From Macrostomum lignano (taxonomy: Eukaryota), in NCBI GenBank assembly GCA_002269645.1, contig NIVC01000064.1:434001-498000 (forward strand): a stretch of 64,000 bases of DNA, read 5' to 3'. Under the pieces are notes generated by a model. That model did no database searches and was not told the DNA's origin. It was given only the letters and a program-made list of their open reading frames with translations. This document shows positions 37,111 to 49,596 of this stretch, in pieces (within the stretch, counting starts at the first letter, position 1; each line of letters begins with the position of its first letter). A program made the translations under genes and the position numbers.

Positions 37111-37549
37111 GCATGAAGCCACCAGGTATATCCACTAATTATCAGCAAGGCAGCCATGCAGCCATCGATGCATTAGTTAATCCCTGTTGCTCCGTAAAAT
37201 ATCAATCGATCAATGATCTGGATAAGATATGCCTTGACTTTGGAGAATGGTATAACCGCACGAGTTAAAAAGCCTTGTATGCAGTGAGGCTTTGACTGAG
37301 CATTTGCAGCTAGGTCAATACTCAAGCGATCGATGAGATGAGCTGAGCTCGAGTTCGGCAAACACTAATTTATAGTGCTCGCCGATTCCTGCTAACAGCT
37401 GGATCTGGATGGCAGATCAACAGTGCGCTTGCCGGCCAGGGTCAGCCTCAAGTCAGCATTGAGGAGGCGTGCGAGAGCGAGAGAAAAGCAAATATAAGCA
37501 GTGTAGCTCGAATTTGCGGCTGCGTTCTGGTTATTGCTGAAGGCTGGAG

Positions 37550-38184
37550 GAAGAGAGAGGAAGGGAGAGAGGAAGGGAGAGAGGAAGGGAGAGAGGAAGG
37601 GGGAGAGAGGAAGGGAGAGAGGAAGGGAGAGAGGAAGGGAGAGAGAGGAAGGGAGAGAGGAAGGGGGAGAGAGGAAGGGAGAGAGGAAGGGAGAGAGGAA
37701 GGGAGAGAGAGGAAGGGAGAGAGGAAGGGAGAGAGGAAGGGAGAGAGGAAGGGAGAGAGGAAGGGAGAGAGGAAGGGAGAGAGGAAGGGGGAGAGAGGAA
37801 GGGAGAGAGGAAGGGAGAGAGGAAGGGAGAGAGAGGAAGGGAGAGAGGAAGGGAGAGAGGAAGGGAGAGAGGAAGGGAGAGAGGAAGGGAGAGAGGAAGG
37901 GGAGAGGAAGGGGGAGAGAGGAAGGGAGAGAGGAAGGGAGAGAGGAAGGGAGAGAGAGGAAGGGAGAGAGGAAGGGAGAGAGGAAGGGAGAGAGGAAGGG
38001 AGAGAGGAAGGGAGAGAGAGGAAGGGAGAGAGGAAGGGAGAGAGGAAGGGAGAGAGAGGAAGGGAGAGAGGAAGGGAGAGACGAATGGAGAGAGAGAGAA
38101 AGGGATAAAGAGAGGAAGAGAGAGACGAAGGGAGAGACGAAGGGAGAGAGAGAAAGGGATAAAGAGAGGAAGAGAGAGACGAAG

Positions 38185-38220
<36 letters not shown>

Positions 38221-38430
38221 GATAAAGGGAGGAAGGGAGAGACGAAGGGAGAGAGAGAAAGGGATAAAGGGAGGAAGGGAGAGACGAAGGGAGAGAGAGA
38301 AAGGGATAAAGGGAGGAAGGGAGAGACGAAGGGAGAGAGAGAAAGGGATAAAGAGAGGAAGGGAGAGACGAAGGGAGAGAAAGAAAGGGATAAAGAGAGG
38401 AAGGGAGAGACGAAGAGAGAGAGAGAGAGC
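37550..38430. repeat. Polypurine tandem repeat, ~12 bp unit (gagagaggaagg)
   Basis: Direct reading. Confidence 0.92.
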
Positions 38431-39129
38431 AGAGAAGGTGCCAATAGAGGTCGAATGGAGGTGGACTGGTAGTTGTAGCTGACGGCACTGGTGACTCAAG
38501 TGTTATGCAACCAACAAACTAGACAATGACCTCCCAGCCTCACGCAGGGCAAAATCTCTTCAATCACTGGGAAACAATGCTTAATAGTATACCAATTCCC
38601 ACAGTGAGTGTATCCATCTACACTAGAAAATCCAGTTGATACTCAAAGCCCTCAAGTGAGCCGAATTCTATCGAAGCCGAACCAATGCGATCCGGCCTAT
38701 CGGACCAGATGCTCGAGAGGCATAAGCCTTAGCTTAATCCCTGGCCACTGGCTTTAGGGATTTCCATTAAAAGCTTTAGCAACATATTGCACTGCACTGG
38801 CGGGGGGAGGGTAGCCCAACTAATCCTTAATGCCGAGTAGCAGCTAGAAAGCATTTATTATTTATTATAAATATATATCCATAAATAAGGCTTCAACTTC
38901 TGCTTCTGTTTTAAATCCCCAATTTCTGGACGAAGAGAGATAAGCTCAAAGAGGTAAGGTTTAGCTGGCAAGTGGCTTAGTACGGGTAATAAAAAACTCA
39001 ACTCTAAATTTGATTAAGGCCCTGTTTTACTCTGCGAAGTGATTATTATTCCCAACTCTATTCTAGCTACTTCTTAGTAGGCAGTTGAGTAGATTTTTTA
39101 CCGGGATACAGATTCGATTGTGTGATAAT

Positions 39130-39830
39130 TCACCCTAGAGGATAACTGGGATCAGGAGTATAGATTCAAGTGTGGGATTAATCTCCCATTGGGATAATTG
39201 AGATCAGGGATACAGATTCAAGTGTGGGATGATTCTGCCATTGGGATAATTGAGATCAGGGATACAGATTCAAGTGTGGGGTGATTCTGCCATTGGGATA
39301 ATTGAGATCAGGGATACAGATTCAAGTGTGGGATGATTCTGCTATTGGGATAATTGAGATCAGGGATACAGATTCAAGTGTGGGATGATTCTGCCATTGG
39401 GATAATTGAGATCAGGGATACAGATTCAAGTGTGGGATGATTCTGCCATTGGATAATTGAGATCAGGGATACAGATTCAAGTGTGGGGTGATTCTGCCAT
39501 TGGGATAATTGAGATCAGGGATACAGATTCAAGTGTGGGATGATTCTGCCATTGGGATAATTGAGATCAGGGATACAGATTCAAGTGTGGGATGATTCTG
39601 CCATTGGGATAATTGAGATCAGGGATACAGATTCAAGTGTGGGGTGATTCTGCCATTGGGATAATTGAGATCAGGGATACAGATTCAAGTGTGGGATGAT
39701 TCTGCTATTGGGATAATTGAGATCAGGGGTACAGATTCCGGTGTGGGATGATTCTCCCAATGAGATAACTGGGATCAGGGGTACAGATTCAGATGTGGGA
39801 TGATTCTCTCATTGGGATAATTGGGATCAG
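39130..39830. repeat. Minisatellite, 52 bp unit (gggataattgagatcagggatacagattcaagtgtgggatgattctgccatt)
   Basis: Tandem copies. Confidence 0.93.
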
Positions 39831-39927
39831 GGCTACATGTCTATAAATTTCCATAGAAAAAATACCTTTCCTTCCATTTCGAAAAAAAATTTATTTGTTT
39901 CTAGGGACGCATTCAGACACGACCTCC

Positions 39928-41492
39928 ATGACTGCACAGCCCAACTCGGACAGTGGAGAATATTTGACCATAGCAACTGCAGCAAGAGCAGAGGCACCGG
40001 CACCAGCCGCTGCGGCCTCGTGTGCGGGCAGCCATTGGCGAGAATATCAGCAGGTGCTGTCAAATAATGCCAGCCATTCCATGCCCAGCTCGGTCTGGGC
40101 TGAGGCTCTGACGGAAATGGTAAGTTTAATGATTTTTTGTCTGGGTATCTCTGGTGCTGGCGCCCCTGGTGCTGGCGCCCCTGGTGCTGGCGCCCCTGGT
40201 GCTGGCGCCCCTGGTGCTGGCGCCCCTGGTGCTGGCGCCCCTGGTGCTGGCGCCCCTGGTGCTGGCGCCCCTGGTGCTGGCGCCCCTGGTGCTGGCGCCC
40301 CTGGTGCTGGCGCCCCTGGTGCTGGCGCCCCTGGTGCTGGCGCCCCTGGTGCTGGCGCCCCTGGTGCTGGCGCCCCTAGTGCTCAAGCCCCTAGTGCTCA
40401 AGCCCCTAGTGCTCAAGCCCCTGGTGCTAAAGCCCCTGGTGCTAAGGCCCCTGGTGCTAAAGCCCCTTGGTGCTAAAGCCCCTGGTGCTAAAGCCCCTTG
40501 GTGCTGGCACCCCTGGTGCTGGCGCCCCTGGTGCTGGCGCCCCTAGTGCTCAAGCCCCTAGTGCTCAAGCCCCTAGTGCTCAAGCCCCTAGTGCTCAAGC
40601 CCCTGGTGCTAAAGCCCCTGGTGCTAAGGCCCCTGGTGCTAAAGCCCCTTGGTGCTAAAGCCCCTGGTGCTAAAGCCCCTTGGTGCTGGCGCCCCTGGTG
40701 CTAAAGCCCCTTGGTGCTGGCGCCCCTGGTGCTAAAGCCCCTTGGTGCTGGCACCCCTGGTGCTGGCGCCCCTGGTGCTGGCGCCCCTAGTGCTCAAGCC
40801 CCTAGTGCTCAAGCCCCTAGTGCTCAAGCCCCTAGTGCTCAAGCCCCTAGTGCTCAAGCCCCTAGTGCTCAAGCCCCTAGTGCTCAAGCCCCTAGTGCTC
40901 AAGCCCCTAGTGCTCAAGCCCCTAGTGCTCAAGCCCCTGGTGCTAAAGCCCCTGGTGCTAAGGCCCCTGGTGCTAAAGCCCCTGGTGCTAAAGTTCCTGG
41001 TGCTAAAGCCCCTGGCGCTAAAGCCCCTGGTGGTAAAGCCGCCCGGGTACTGAAGCCGTAAAAGCCCAGTCGAAAAAATGGCGCCGATTCAAATTCAAAA
41101 GACTCGAAGTTACCCCAAGTTACCAAGCCCCAATTTACACGTAAAGCCCAGACTACACATCCCAGCTTTATTAGGCAGCAAATTCTCATCCGCAGGAACT
41201 CACGGGAGGCGTGCAAGCCAGCCAGCTGCTGCCGCTGTACCGCACCGCGCTGTCCAGCTGCCCCTACTCTGTGCAGCTCTGGTGCCAGCTGATCGACTGT
41301 CAGGTGCGCTCGGGGGCGACTTGGCCGCAAGTGAGAGACACCTGCGAAGCGGCGCTGAACTCTGGCCTGCACCGCGAGGATGACATCGACGCGCTGAGGA
41401 CAAAAATGAGCAACTGCGCAGCCGCCTACGGAGTCTCCTGTCCAGAGGAATCTGGAGATGATGACGTCATCGCTTCTTCTAATCTGTCATAG
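39928..41492 (+). CDS. Short HAT-repeat protein resembling part of SART3/Prp24, ~162 aa if it starts at ATG 39928
   Basis: join(39928..40119,41196..41492), donor atg|gtaagt, acceptor catccgcag|, both phase 0. LYRTALSSCPYSVQLW...VRDTCEAALNSG resembles SART3 HAT repeats (RALRNCPWTVALW...FEKALNAG, recalled). An upstream acceptor at 39904 leaves the true N-terminus uncertain. Confidence 0.62.
40152..41035. repeat. 15-16 bp two-block minisatellite, same family as 23346-24067, intronic
   Basis: ggtgctggcgcccct block followed by gtgctcaagcccct/ggtgctaaagcccct block. Confidence 0.95.
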
Positions 41493-41871
41493 TAATTCAT
41501 ATTGGCTCAGACTGGCGATGGACGGTGCCAACAGGATTTCATAAGATCGAATTGCAGGAGCTTTGACTCTTTACTTTGCCAGTGGTCCTTGGTAGTAGAG
41601 CCAATCAATGCCTATGGTGGAATCAATTAGAAATACATGTATCAGTCTAGATTTTATAAATAAGCATTCCAATGGATAATGTTACAAGCATTGTATATTC
41701 ACAGGTTTCAAATAGTTTGCGTGCTTTTCAATTACTACGAGTATATGTCTGTGTTTGCTTAAAAATAACAATATTGTAGACGATATTGAATACAACAAAT
41801 ATAATCATATTGTCCAAGGTCTGATTCTCACACAACTGATACATAATCAATGCGTAGACTGGCATTTAATC

Positions 41872-42241
41872 GTCTATGGCCAAAAGGGGGATCTATGGAG
41901 CAGCTAGTTTGTGAATTTTTGGTGCAAAATTGATCCATTAATTCCCACACAGAATATTCACAAAACGCGCAATAATGGTTTCTACTACGAAAAGAATTAA
42001 AAGTCGCACAGCCTACTGATGTTTTGAACAGTCTCAGTAGTAGGAGATTAATTGATGCAAACTTTCAATTCTGTTCTGCATCTCATGAAGCTCCGGTAGC
42101 TTCATGACAGACACAGACAACGTCTGTGGTAAAAACAGGTTTTACCACAGACAAACTCTCTAACTATACAAGAGAATAGTACACTTAAAATATAGAAGCT
42201 CATTGGGTTTTTGCCTCGGCTCCTCACTTTTGGCCATAGAC
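41872..42241. mobile_element. 370-bp MITE-like element
   Basis: Perfect 15-bp TIR GTCTATGGCCAAAAG / CTTTTGGCCATAGAC, flanked by AATC on both sides. Confidence 0.65.
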
Positions 42242-42662
42242 AATCGACCTCGTGAAACGAGGAGCGGTCCGTAGCAAAAAAAACGTGTGGAAACGAGTTT
42301 TACCTCATGGGGCCACGCAAATTGTTAAGATAAGGAGCCAGCACTGAATGTCTATGGCTCTGTCTGACTCTGTCTATGCTAGTCTGGCATCATGAGGTAA
42401 AGGTGAAAAACTCGTTCCCACTCCAGGTTGCTAATTATAGAACTCATTGCACAAGCCTTCGAACATGTTTCTGATTTTGTTCGAATGAGATTCATTGAAG
42501 CAAAAGTAAAATTCTTAGAAAAAGTTCAAGCTATTTGCCTGCTCCCATCCAGCATCTTTGCTGTATTTGCACGAATGCGCACTGTCTCGAAATATATTTG
42601 AATTCAAATCTTCAAATATGGTATTGATTTAACATAATCAACGCAATCATTCATATTCCAGA

Positions 42663-43740
42663 TTAGGCCGGCATGGATATGACGATCTCCTTGAACATCT
42701 TGAAGGCCTCGTGCTGCAGCATGGTGACCATGCCGTTGATCTCGCTGGCGTAATAGCCCCTCAGCACGTTGAAATAAACAGTTTTGCACTTCTTCCAGAA
42801 CAGGATCTTCTTGCACTCTCGCCTGCTCATGGTGACGTACTTTGGCACCAGGGCAGCCACAATGTCCGTATCCAGGATGGCAACGTCGACGATGTTGTTG
42901 ACTTTTCGGGCAGCTCCGATGTAGGCGGTCTTGACGGCGTAGGAGTTTTGGACTTGGACGCTAGGATTTGGTGTGGGCGTATTAGGATAGTTTAAAGACA
43001 AGTTTCAAAGTCTCTAAGAGGCATGTTAAAATTTTGAAAATACGTCGTCAGTGAACAGTCAACCCAGTCCTGACAGATTGCTCCTATAATAAATAAAAAA
43101 TCTTCCTTCATTCTCTGAGCAACACAACTCAGTAATCGTTCGTACTAGTAAATTAAGGCAATCAATGTAGTTACTTGAAGTTCTCAAAGCTGGTGGTGGC
43201 AGCGAACGCCAGAGCCCTCAGCTTGTCCTGCACCACTTTCGGGTAGGGCTGGATAGCAGAGTTCAGGTTGTTGATGTGGAACGTAATCAGCCTATTGGAC
43301 TTGTTCCGGCGACTCCAGGCCCTGATGAGGCAGTTGCTGCAGAACACATTAGCGGGGGCTGAGATCTGGCGCGCGTTGACATAGTTCAACAGCTGGTTGC
43401 GGACGGTCGCGGCGGTAGAGAAGGGCATGGCCATCACTGTTGGGAAGATTCATGATAGTTTCTAATTGATTCCATTCCTTAGAACAGGTAGGCTAGCTCT
43501 ATTAAATTGATAAACCCCTAAGTTAGACTTTAATTCCATCGATTAACCAGCAGGATGCGTCTGCAAAATCGACAGTGCCCTGTTACATCGGAAATTAGCA
43601 CCCAAGTTAACCTTTTCTCTGCTCAAAGCCAAGCCTGAAAAGTGCTCACCGCCATCCTCAGAGCCCATGTCGCAGACGGCGGCGGAGATGCCTACGGCCA
43701 GAACTGCCAAGAAGAACAGCTGCTTGCAATTGCTTGCCAT
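42663..43740 (-). CDS. Uncharacterised secreted protein, copy A, 216 aa, 3 exons
   Basis: complement(join(42663..42960,43175..43436,43650..43740)); intron phases 1 and 2 are consistent; signal-peptide-like MASNCKQLFFLAVLAVGISAAVC; basic motif RRECKKILFWKKCK. Confidence 0.8.
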
Positions 43741-43818
43741 AATGACTGTTTCGAGGGTGCTATTAGCCGAATCTTCAGAAAGTCTGGTGCGTTGTCTCAG
43801 CTTGCAGTGAAGTTGGCA

Positions 43819-43826
43819 TTTATATA
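43819..43826 (-). promoter_or_regulatory. TATA box of copy A
   Basis: TATATAAA about 80 nt upstream of the ATG, conserved in copy B. Confidence 0.65.
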
Positions 43827-44638
43827 TAGTCGATAAGCGGCCGCAGTTCGGTTGCAGGAACAAAGGGCCCAGCGGAATCGAATGCCTATTCGGCCAACAG
43901 TTGTCTGACAAAGCGACAGCCAGGCTGCCGACTCCGCTATCTCCCAGTCGGCTGCAGGTGGCAAATTTACACGATTTCTGCGTGGGAATCGAGCCAACGG
44001 AGCTGTCAAGTGAGTAAGAAAACTTTTTTCGAGCGTTTGTAAATTAGCAGCTAATTATTGTAATTAGAATTTGAATCGCGTAACACGTTGAACTGGCATG
44101 ATATGGCTACCACAAGTGGTATTTGATTCTGTCAGAGTTTAACTAGCTCAACTTGGGGGGGGGTTCATCTATAAGACAACCATGGTGTTTAGTCGACTGT
44201 AGACGAGTTGAAAGTTCGCAGGCAGCTTGCATGACAGAAAGCAACCATGAAGTTTCAGTGCTATGCACTATCTTCACTACATTTCGCCTAATCGTGCCTT
44301 ACCAAACTAATTTGCCTCAAAGTACAGAGTAAGGTAGATCTGCTTCAATGAAATTGAGCATGCAGTAATTTTACTGTTAAAAATTCTTCTATCAATCGAA
44401 AACGATTTCCGTAATGGACAGAACATTATGGACAGAACATCGTATTCATTTGGTGATCATATTCATAATTCTATTTAATATATATGTACGTAATATGGTC
44501 GGTAAATCTCGTTGATTCGGAGGCGACGGTTAAGAATTGTTTAAATAATAGTTAGTCCGTTAGCAATATATAGTTGTCAATTCATATGCTGTAAATAGAA
44601 ACTTGGTAGGAATAAATCGAGCTACTTTACTTACTTGC

Positions 44639-46054
44639 TACTGATAAGTAGTAGAACGCTAGCATAAATTCGGAACGCACATAAAAACATAAGCCAAAAG
44701 ACAAAATACACTGAACCAAAAAACGGCATGCTGTAAAGTCCAACACCGTGAGTAACTGTTGTGACACGCTACATGTAGTTCAGGGAACGGACTTATGCGA
44801 GTGCGAGCTAGATCGTGTATTTTCGACGCTTTTTGGAGCAGACAAGAATAAAAAGAGAGTGTAATTATGCAGCGGCTGACAGCTTAGCATACTACTAGAA
44901 GTATAAAGACCAAACTAGACGCAGCCCCAATTGTAACAAATGGCCTACCAAAGACTCTAACAAACTCTTAACATTTACATTTACATAACTCTTACATTCT
45001 AACAAATGTAACAACCATAGACAAAATCGCAGCTCGTAGTCTGATTACGGCTACAACATGCACCCTTTGTTAGCAAGGCTGTGAATTAAGATATAAGATA
45101 TGCTAAAGGACAACAATAAGAACTAATCAAAGGGAAGGGTTGTGGTATGGCATTGGGGAGAGTGTCGTCTTTAAGTCTTTAAAACACATTCGCACAATGC
45201 TTGAGCGCCTTCAGGAATCAGGCAAGCGAGTGGGGGCTCACTTCTGGCGGTTGCTACGTCGCAGTTGTTGCGCAATCCCAACTGGCTCTGGATCCTGTGG
45301 ATCACCGGCAGCGGTCTCGTTCTCCGGTCCATGATGTGGCTCGACGTCAGCGGCCGGGGCATTTTCAGCATTATCCTCATCATGTAATGGGTATGGGGCA
45401 AGCTGGTTAGTGCTTGCTAGGCGTAGCGATTCACCGTCGAAGCTGATGTAGCGGCCTGGCTTGAAGCTGATGTAGCGGCCTGGCTTGAAGCTGATGTAGC
45501 GGCCTGGCTTGAAGCTGATGTAGCGGCCTGGCTTGAAGCTGATGTAGCGGCCTGGCTTGAAGCTGATGTAGCGGCCTGGCTTGAAGCTGATGTAGCGGCC
45601 TGGCTTAAAGCTGATGTAGCGGCCTGGCTTAAAGCTCATGTAGCGGCCTGGAGGAACAACACGAGCTCCTTCTTGTTCTGCGTTGCAGCAATGCGTGTGA
45701 TCTTTTCTACCAGCTAGGCGTCGGGTCGGATACCCGCAGCGGAGATTTGGAATCCAAGGAAAGATACTTCATAGCACTCATCGACGCATTTGTTCTCATT
45801 GATTGTGACATTCTTTTCGGACAAGTGCTTTTTAAAATGCTCTCCATCACGCGCTGAAAAATAAAGGACGAGTTCTTCATGCCCATTTGTAGGCACTTTA
45901 GCGGAATAGTCCTTTGGATGTAATTACGAGTAATGGTGGATACTGATAGGTAGTAAAACGCTATCATAATTTCGGAATGCACATGAAACTAAAGCCAAAC
46001 GGCAAAAAAGGCTGAACCAAAAAACGACGTGCTTTAAAGCCAACACTGTGAGTA
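44639..46054 (-). mobile_element. Degenerate, internally deleted Gypsy remnant
   Basis: RT fragments GMKNSSFIFQRVMESIL and EVSFLGFQISAAGIRPD (about 45720-45930); pol-tail-like LRRSNRQK*APTRL (about 45210-45270); diverged ~115-bp direct repeats at 44639-44754 and 45941-46054. Confidence 0.55.
45440..45650. repeat. 24 bp tandem repeat (aagctgatgtagcggcctggcttg) within the Gypsy remnant
   Basis: Direct reading; ISFKPGRY periodicity on the minus strand. Confidence 0.92.
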
Positions 46055-46329
46055 CCATAAATAAATTTATAGCATATTTTGTTCAGCAGCAGTTTGTTTC
46101 TCAAGTCGCCCTTTCTCACTTAAGAACATGAAAATTTTCACAATATTTCTGGAACTTCACTTAAATCATGACCAGAAAATGACTCATGAATTTAATTGTG
46201 ACTAATTCTAAGGTCACCTCAAGACAGCTGATAGCTGACTTGAATAAGTGCATGATTGTGCACCTCTCCAGCTGGTTGCTTTAATAATCGTTATAACTGA
46301 ACTCACTGAAAGTGTTTAGTAGGCTCGTA

Positions 46330-46935
46330 GAATAAGTACTGGAGAGCGTATTGGAAGAATAAGTACTGGAGAGATTATTGGTAGAATAAGTACTGGAGAG
46401 ATTATTGGTAGAATAAGTACTGGAGAGATTATTGGTAGAATAAGTACTGGAGAGATTATTGGTAGAATAAGTACTGGATAGAGAGCGTATTGGTAGAATA
46501 AGTACTGGATAGAGAGCGTATTGGTAGAATAAGTACTGGATAGAGAGCGTATTGGTAGAATAAGTACTGGAGAGATTATTGGTAGAATAAGTACTGGATA
46601 GAGAGCGTATTGGTAGAATAAGTACTGGAGAGATTATTGGTAGAATAAGTACTGGAGAGATTATTGGTAGAATAAGTACTGGAGAGATTATTGGTAGAAT
46701 AAGTACTGGAGAGATTATTGGTAGAATAAGTACTGGAGAGATTATTGGTAGAATAAGTACTGGAGAGATTATTGGTAGAATAAGTACTGGAGAGATTATT
46801 GGTAGAATAAGTACTGGAGAGATTATTGGTAGAATAAGTACTGGAGAGATTATTGGTAGAATAAGTACTGGATAGAGAGCGTATTGGTAGAATAAGTACT
46901 GGATAGAGAGCGTATTGGTAGAATAAGTACTGGAG
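46330..46935. repeat. Minisatellite, 27/31 bp units (gaataagtactggagagattattggta)
   Basis: Tandem copies in two variants. Confidence 0.93.
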
Positions 46936-47316
46936 AGTTATACTCGTAAATGCGAGAGTATTAAAATTAATTGTTATAATTCAAATAACCTGTCCCATAT
47001 TCGCGAGCGCATGACTTATTGACAAAAGTATTTGACATGGAAGCAAACCATACAGAAGTTAAAGTTAAGAAAGTTAAAGTCTAAAGTTAGAGTCTAAGTT
47101 AAAGTCTAAAGGTAGAAAGTTAAAAAACTCTTGCAAATTTGCTTAAGTTATTGCAGTTTGCCTTCTTGGTTCACTATTCGAACTCGACGATACACGAACC
47201 GCAGTATCTCAACTGCCGTGCATTTATATTTGAATGTAAGACTTGGCACAGTAAAAATGTCCAACACAACATCCCATTATCTCTGTAGATTTCTCATATG
47301 GAGTCCTTATAGCTTA

Positions 47317-48560
47317 TTAGCCCGACATGGACATGACGATCTCCTTGAACATCTTGAAGGCCTCGTGCTGCAGCATGGTGACCATGCCGTTGATCTCGTT
47401 AGCGTGATAGCCCCTCGGCTCGTTCCAGTAAACAGTCTTGCACTTCTTCCAGAACAGGGTCTTCTTGCACTCTCGCCTGCTCAATGTGATGTACTTCTGC
47501 ACCAGGCTAGCCGCAATGTCCACGTCCAGGATGGCAACGTCGACGATGCTGTTGACTTTTCGGGCAGCTCCGATGTAGGCCGTCTTGACAGCGTAGGAGT
47601 TCTGGATCTCGACGCTAAAATTAACCCAAAGAAATAGTACAAACAGTACTTTTGAGTAACTTTCATTGGGTACGAGCTATAATTTCTATCTTGTAAACGC
47701 TTGGACCAGGTAACCAGGAGTGGAAGTCAACGGTACAACAGCCACTGGAACTGCACAGACTTTGCTTAATTCACCACAGAGACAGTGAAAACTTGCTGTT
47801 TTAAGGAACAAGCAAAAACCTATTCAACCAAGTACTAACCAGGGCCAAATTTGCTTAACCTTCAGCGATTGGCCTTTCTTTGCATATCCAATATCGGTAA
47901 TATTTATAATACGAGTAAAAATGATCGAAGAATGTTAGTTACTTGAAGTTCTCAAAGCTGGTGGTGGCAGCGAACGCCAGAGCCCTCAGCTTGTCCTGCA
48001 CCACTTTCGGGTAGGGCTGGATAGCGGAGTTCAGGTTGTTGATGTGGAACGTAATCATCCTGTTGGACTTGTTCCGGCGACTCCAGGCTCTGATGAGGCA
48101 GTTGCTGCAGAACACATTAGCGGGGGCTGAGATCTGGCGCGCGTTCACATAGGTCAACAGCTGGTTGCGAACGGTCGCAACCGTAGAGAAGGGCATGGCC
48201 ATCACTGTTGGGAAGGTGCAGGAGAATGGGCAATTGTTAACGCCGTCGAACTTCCACATTGCTAAATGGGGAAGCTTGAAGATTAGGTACAAATCTAGAA
48301 GTAGCTAAGCTAATACTAATATTGACCAACAAAGCCTTGGTCACCAATAACCAATACATGTAGTTACAGAGCAAAGGATGTCTGTGTAACAATTGTCCTC
48401 AGACTTTTAAACGACGCCGATGCGAACTACATGTAATTCTGCTCAAAGCCTAGCCTCAATAGTGCTCACCGCCATCCTCAGAGCCCATGTCGCAGACGGC
48501 GGCGGAGATGCCTACGGCCAGAACTGCCAAGAAGAACAGCTGCTTGCAATTGCTTGCCAT
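47317..48560 (-). CDS. Uncharacterised secreted protein, copy B, 235 aa, 3 exons
   Basis: complement(join(47317..47614,47943..48261,48470..48560)); same intron phases as copy A and near-identical exon 1; motif RRECKKTLFWKKCK. Confidence 0.8.
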
Positions 48561-48648
48561 AAGGACTGTTTTGAGGGTGCTATGTAGTCGAAAAACCGAA
48601 TTTTTAGAAATGTATGGTGCGTTGGCTCAGTTTGCAATGAAGTTGGCA

Positions 48649-48656
48649 TTTATATA
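48649..48656 (-). promoter_or_regulatory. TATA box of copy B
   Basis: TATATAAA in a promoter block shared with copy A. Confidence 0.65.
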
Positions 48657-49596
48657 GTAGATAAGCGGCCGCAGTTCGGTTGCAGGAACAAAGGCCCAAA
48701 TGCATAATCCACAAGCGTAGAATGAAAAAGTTTCCTCTAGAAGCCAACAGTTGCCTGACGGAATGACAGCTAGGCAATCTCCCAGTCTAACAGCAGGTGG
48801 CAATAGTTACACGACTATTTTAGCGTGGGAATCGAGCTGTCAAGAATATTTTAGTGCGTAATTTGTAATCAACTGCCCGATACTTGTAAAATTCAATGTT
48901 CGGCTCGAGTATCACTTTGGAGGTAGCATGGAGCGACTGGTTACTGCAGTTGTGAGAAGGTTTATCGAAGAAACGAACAGTGCGCCTGATTTTGACATGC
49001 CGACAGTTCGAATTTCCTTTGTATCTTTACTCGTATGAGTGCGTCGTCTATTAGGTCCGTCTCAGCTGCCATTTACATAGAATTACTGATTTAAAGTCAA
49101 TTTAAACTTCGTGTATACCCTGTGTTAAAAATATACATTTTTAGGAGGGTTGTGACGCGTCCTTACAATCAGCAGTGAGGCAATTCTGCCCATTCAGCTA
49201 ACTTCTGAGCACATACCCTAGAAAAAATATGGTCCTAAACTTTGTAAGTCACCCTAAGTAACTTGACAACGACATCATATACTTTGTAAGTCACCCTAAG
49301 TAACTTGACAACGACATCATAAACTTTGTAAGTCACCCTAAGTAACTTGACAACGACATTATGGGTATTTTGTTGTACTTTTTATTTGCAACTCAGTTTG
49401 TCATAAATTACCATAGACTAATTTCCTTTTACAGTTCTTTCTCGCAGTTAAGTTTCGCCCCAAGCCCTCTCGTCGTTAACTCATAAAATATATTGCAATT
49501 CAAATCTAAGTTAAGTTGTAGTTTCACTACAAATTGGTCCGGTGAGGCGGATAAAGATATTACTCGCATACTCAATACTCACAGAAGACAAATCCA

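Noticed and set aside
37110-38770. Unique sequence islands between GA tracts that might be a decayed retroelement
   Set aside because: No diagnostic RT or endonuclease motif recognised.
41914-41922. Sm-site-like AATTTTTGG
   Set aside because: No snRNA or SL-RNA structure recognised around it, and it lies inside a MITE-like element.
43543-43649. Extension of copy A exon 1 to a later donor (REK|gttaac)
   Set aside because: Phase-incompatible with exon 2, and the equivalent region of copy B has stop codons; the conserved donor is G|GTGAGC.
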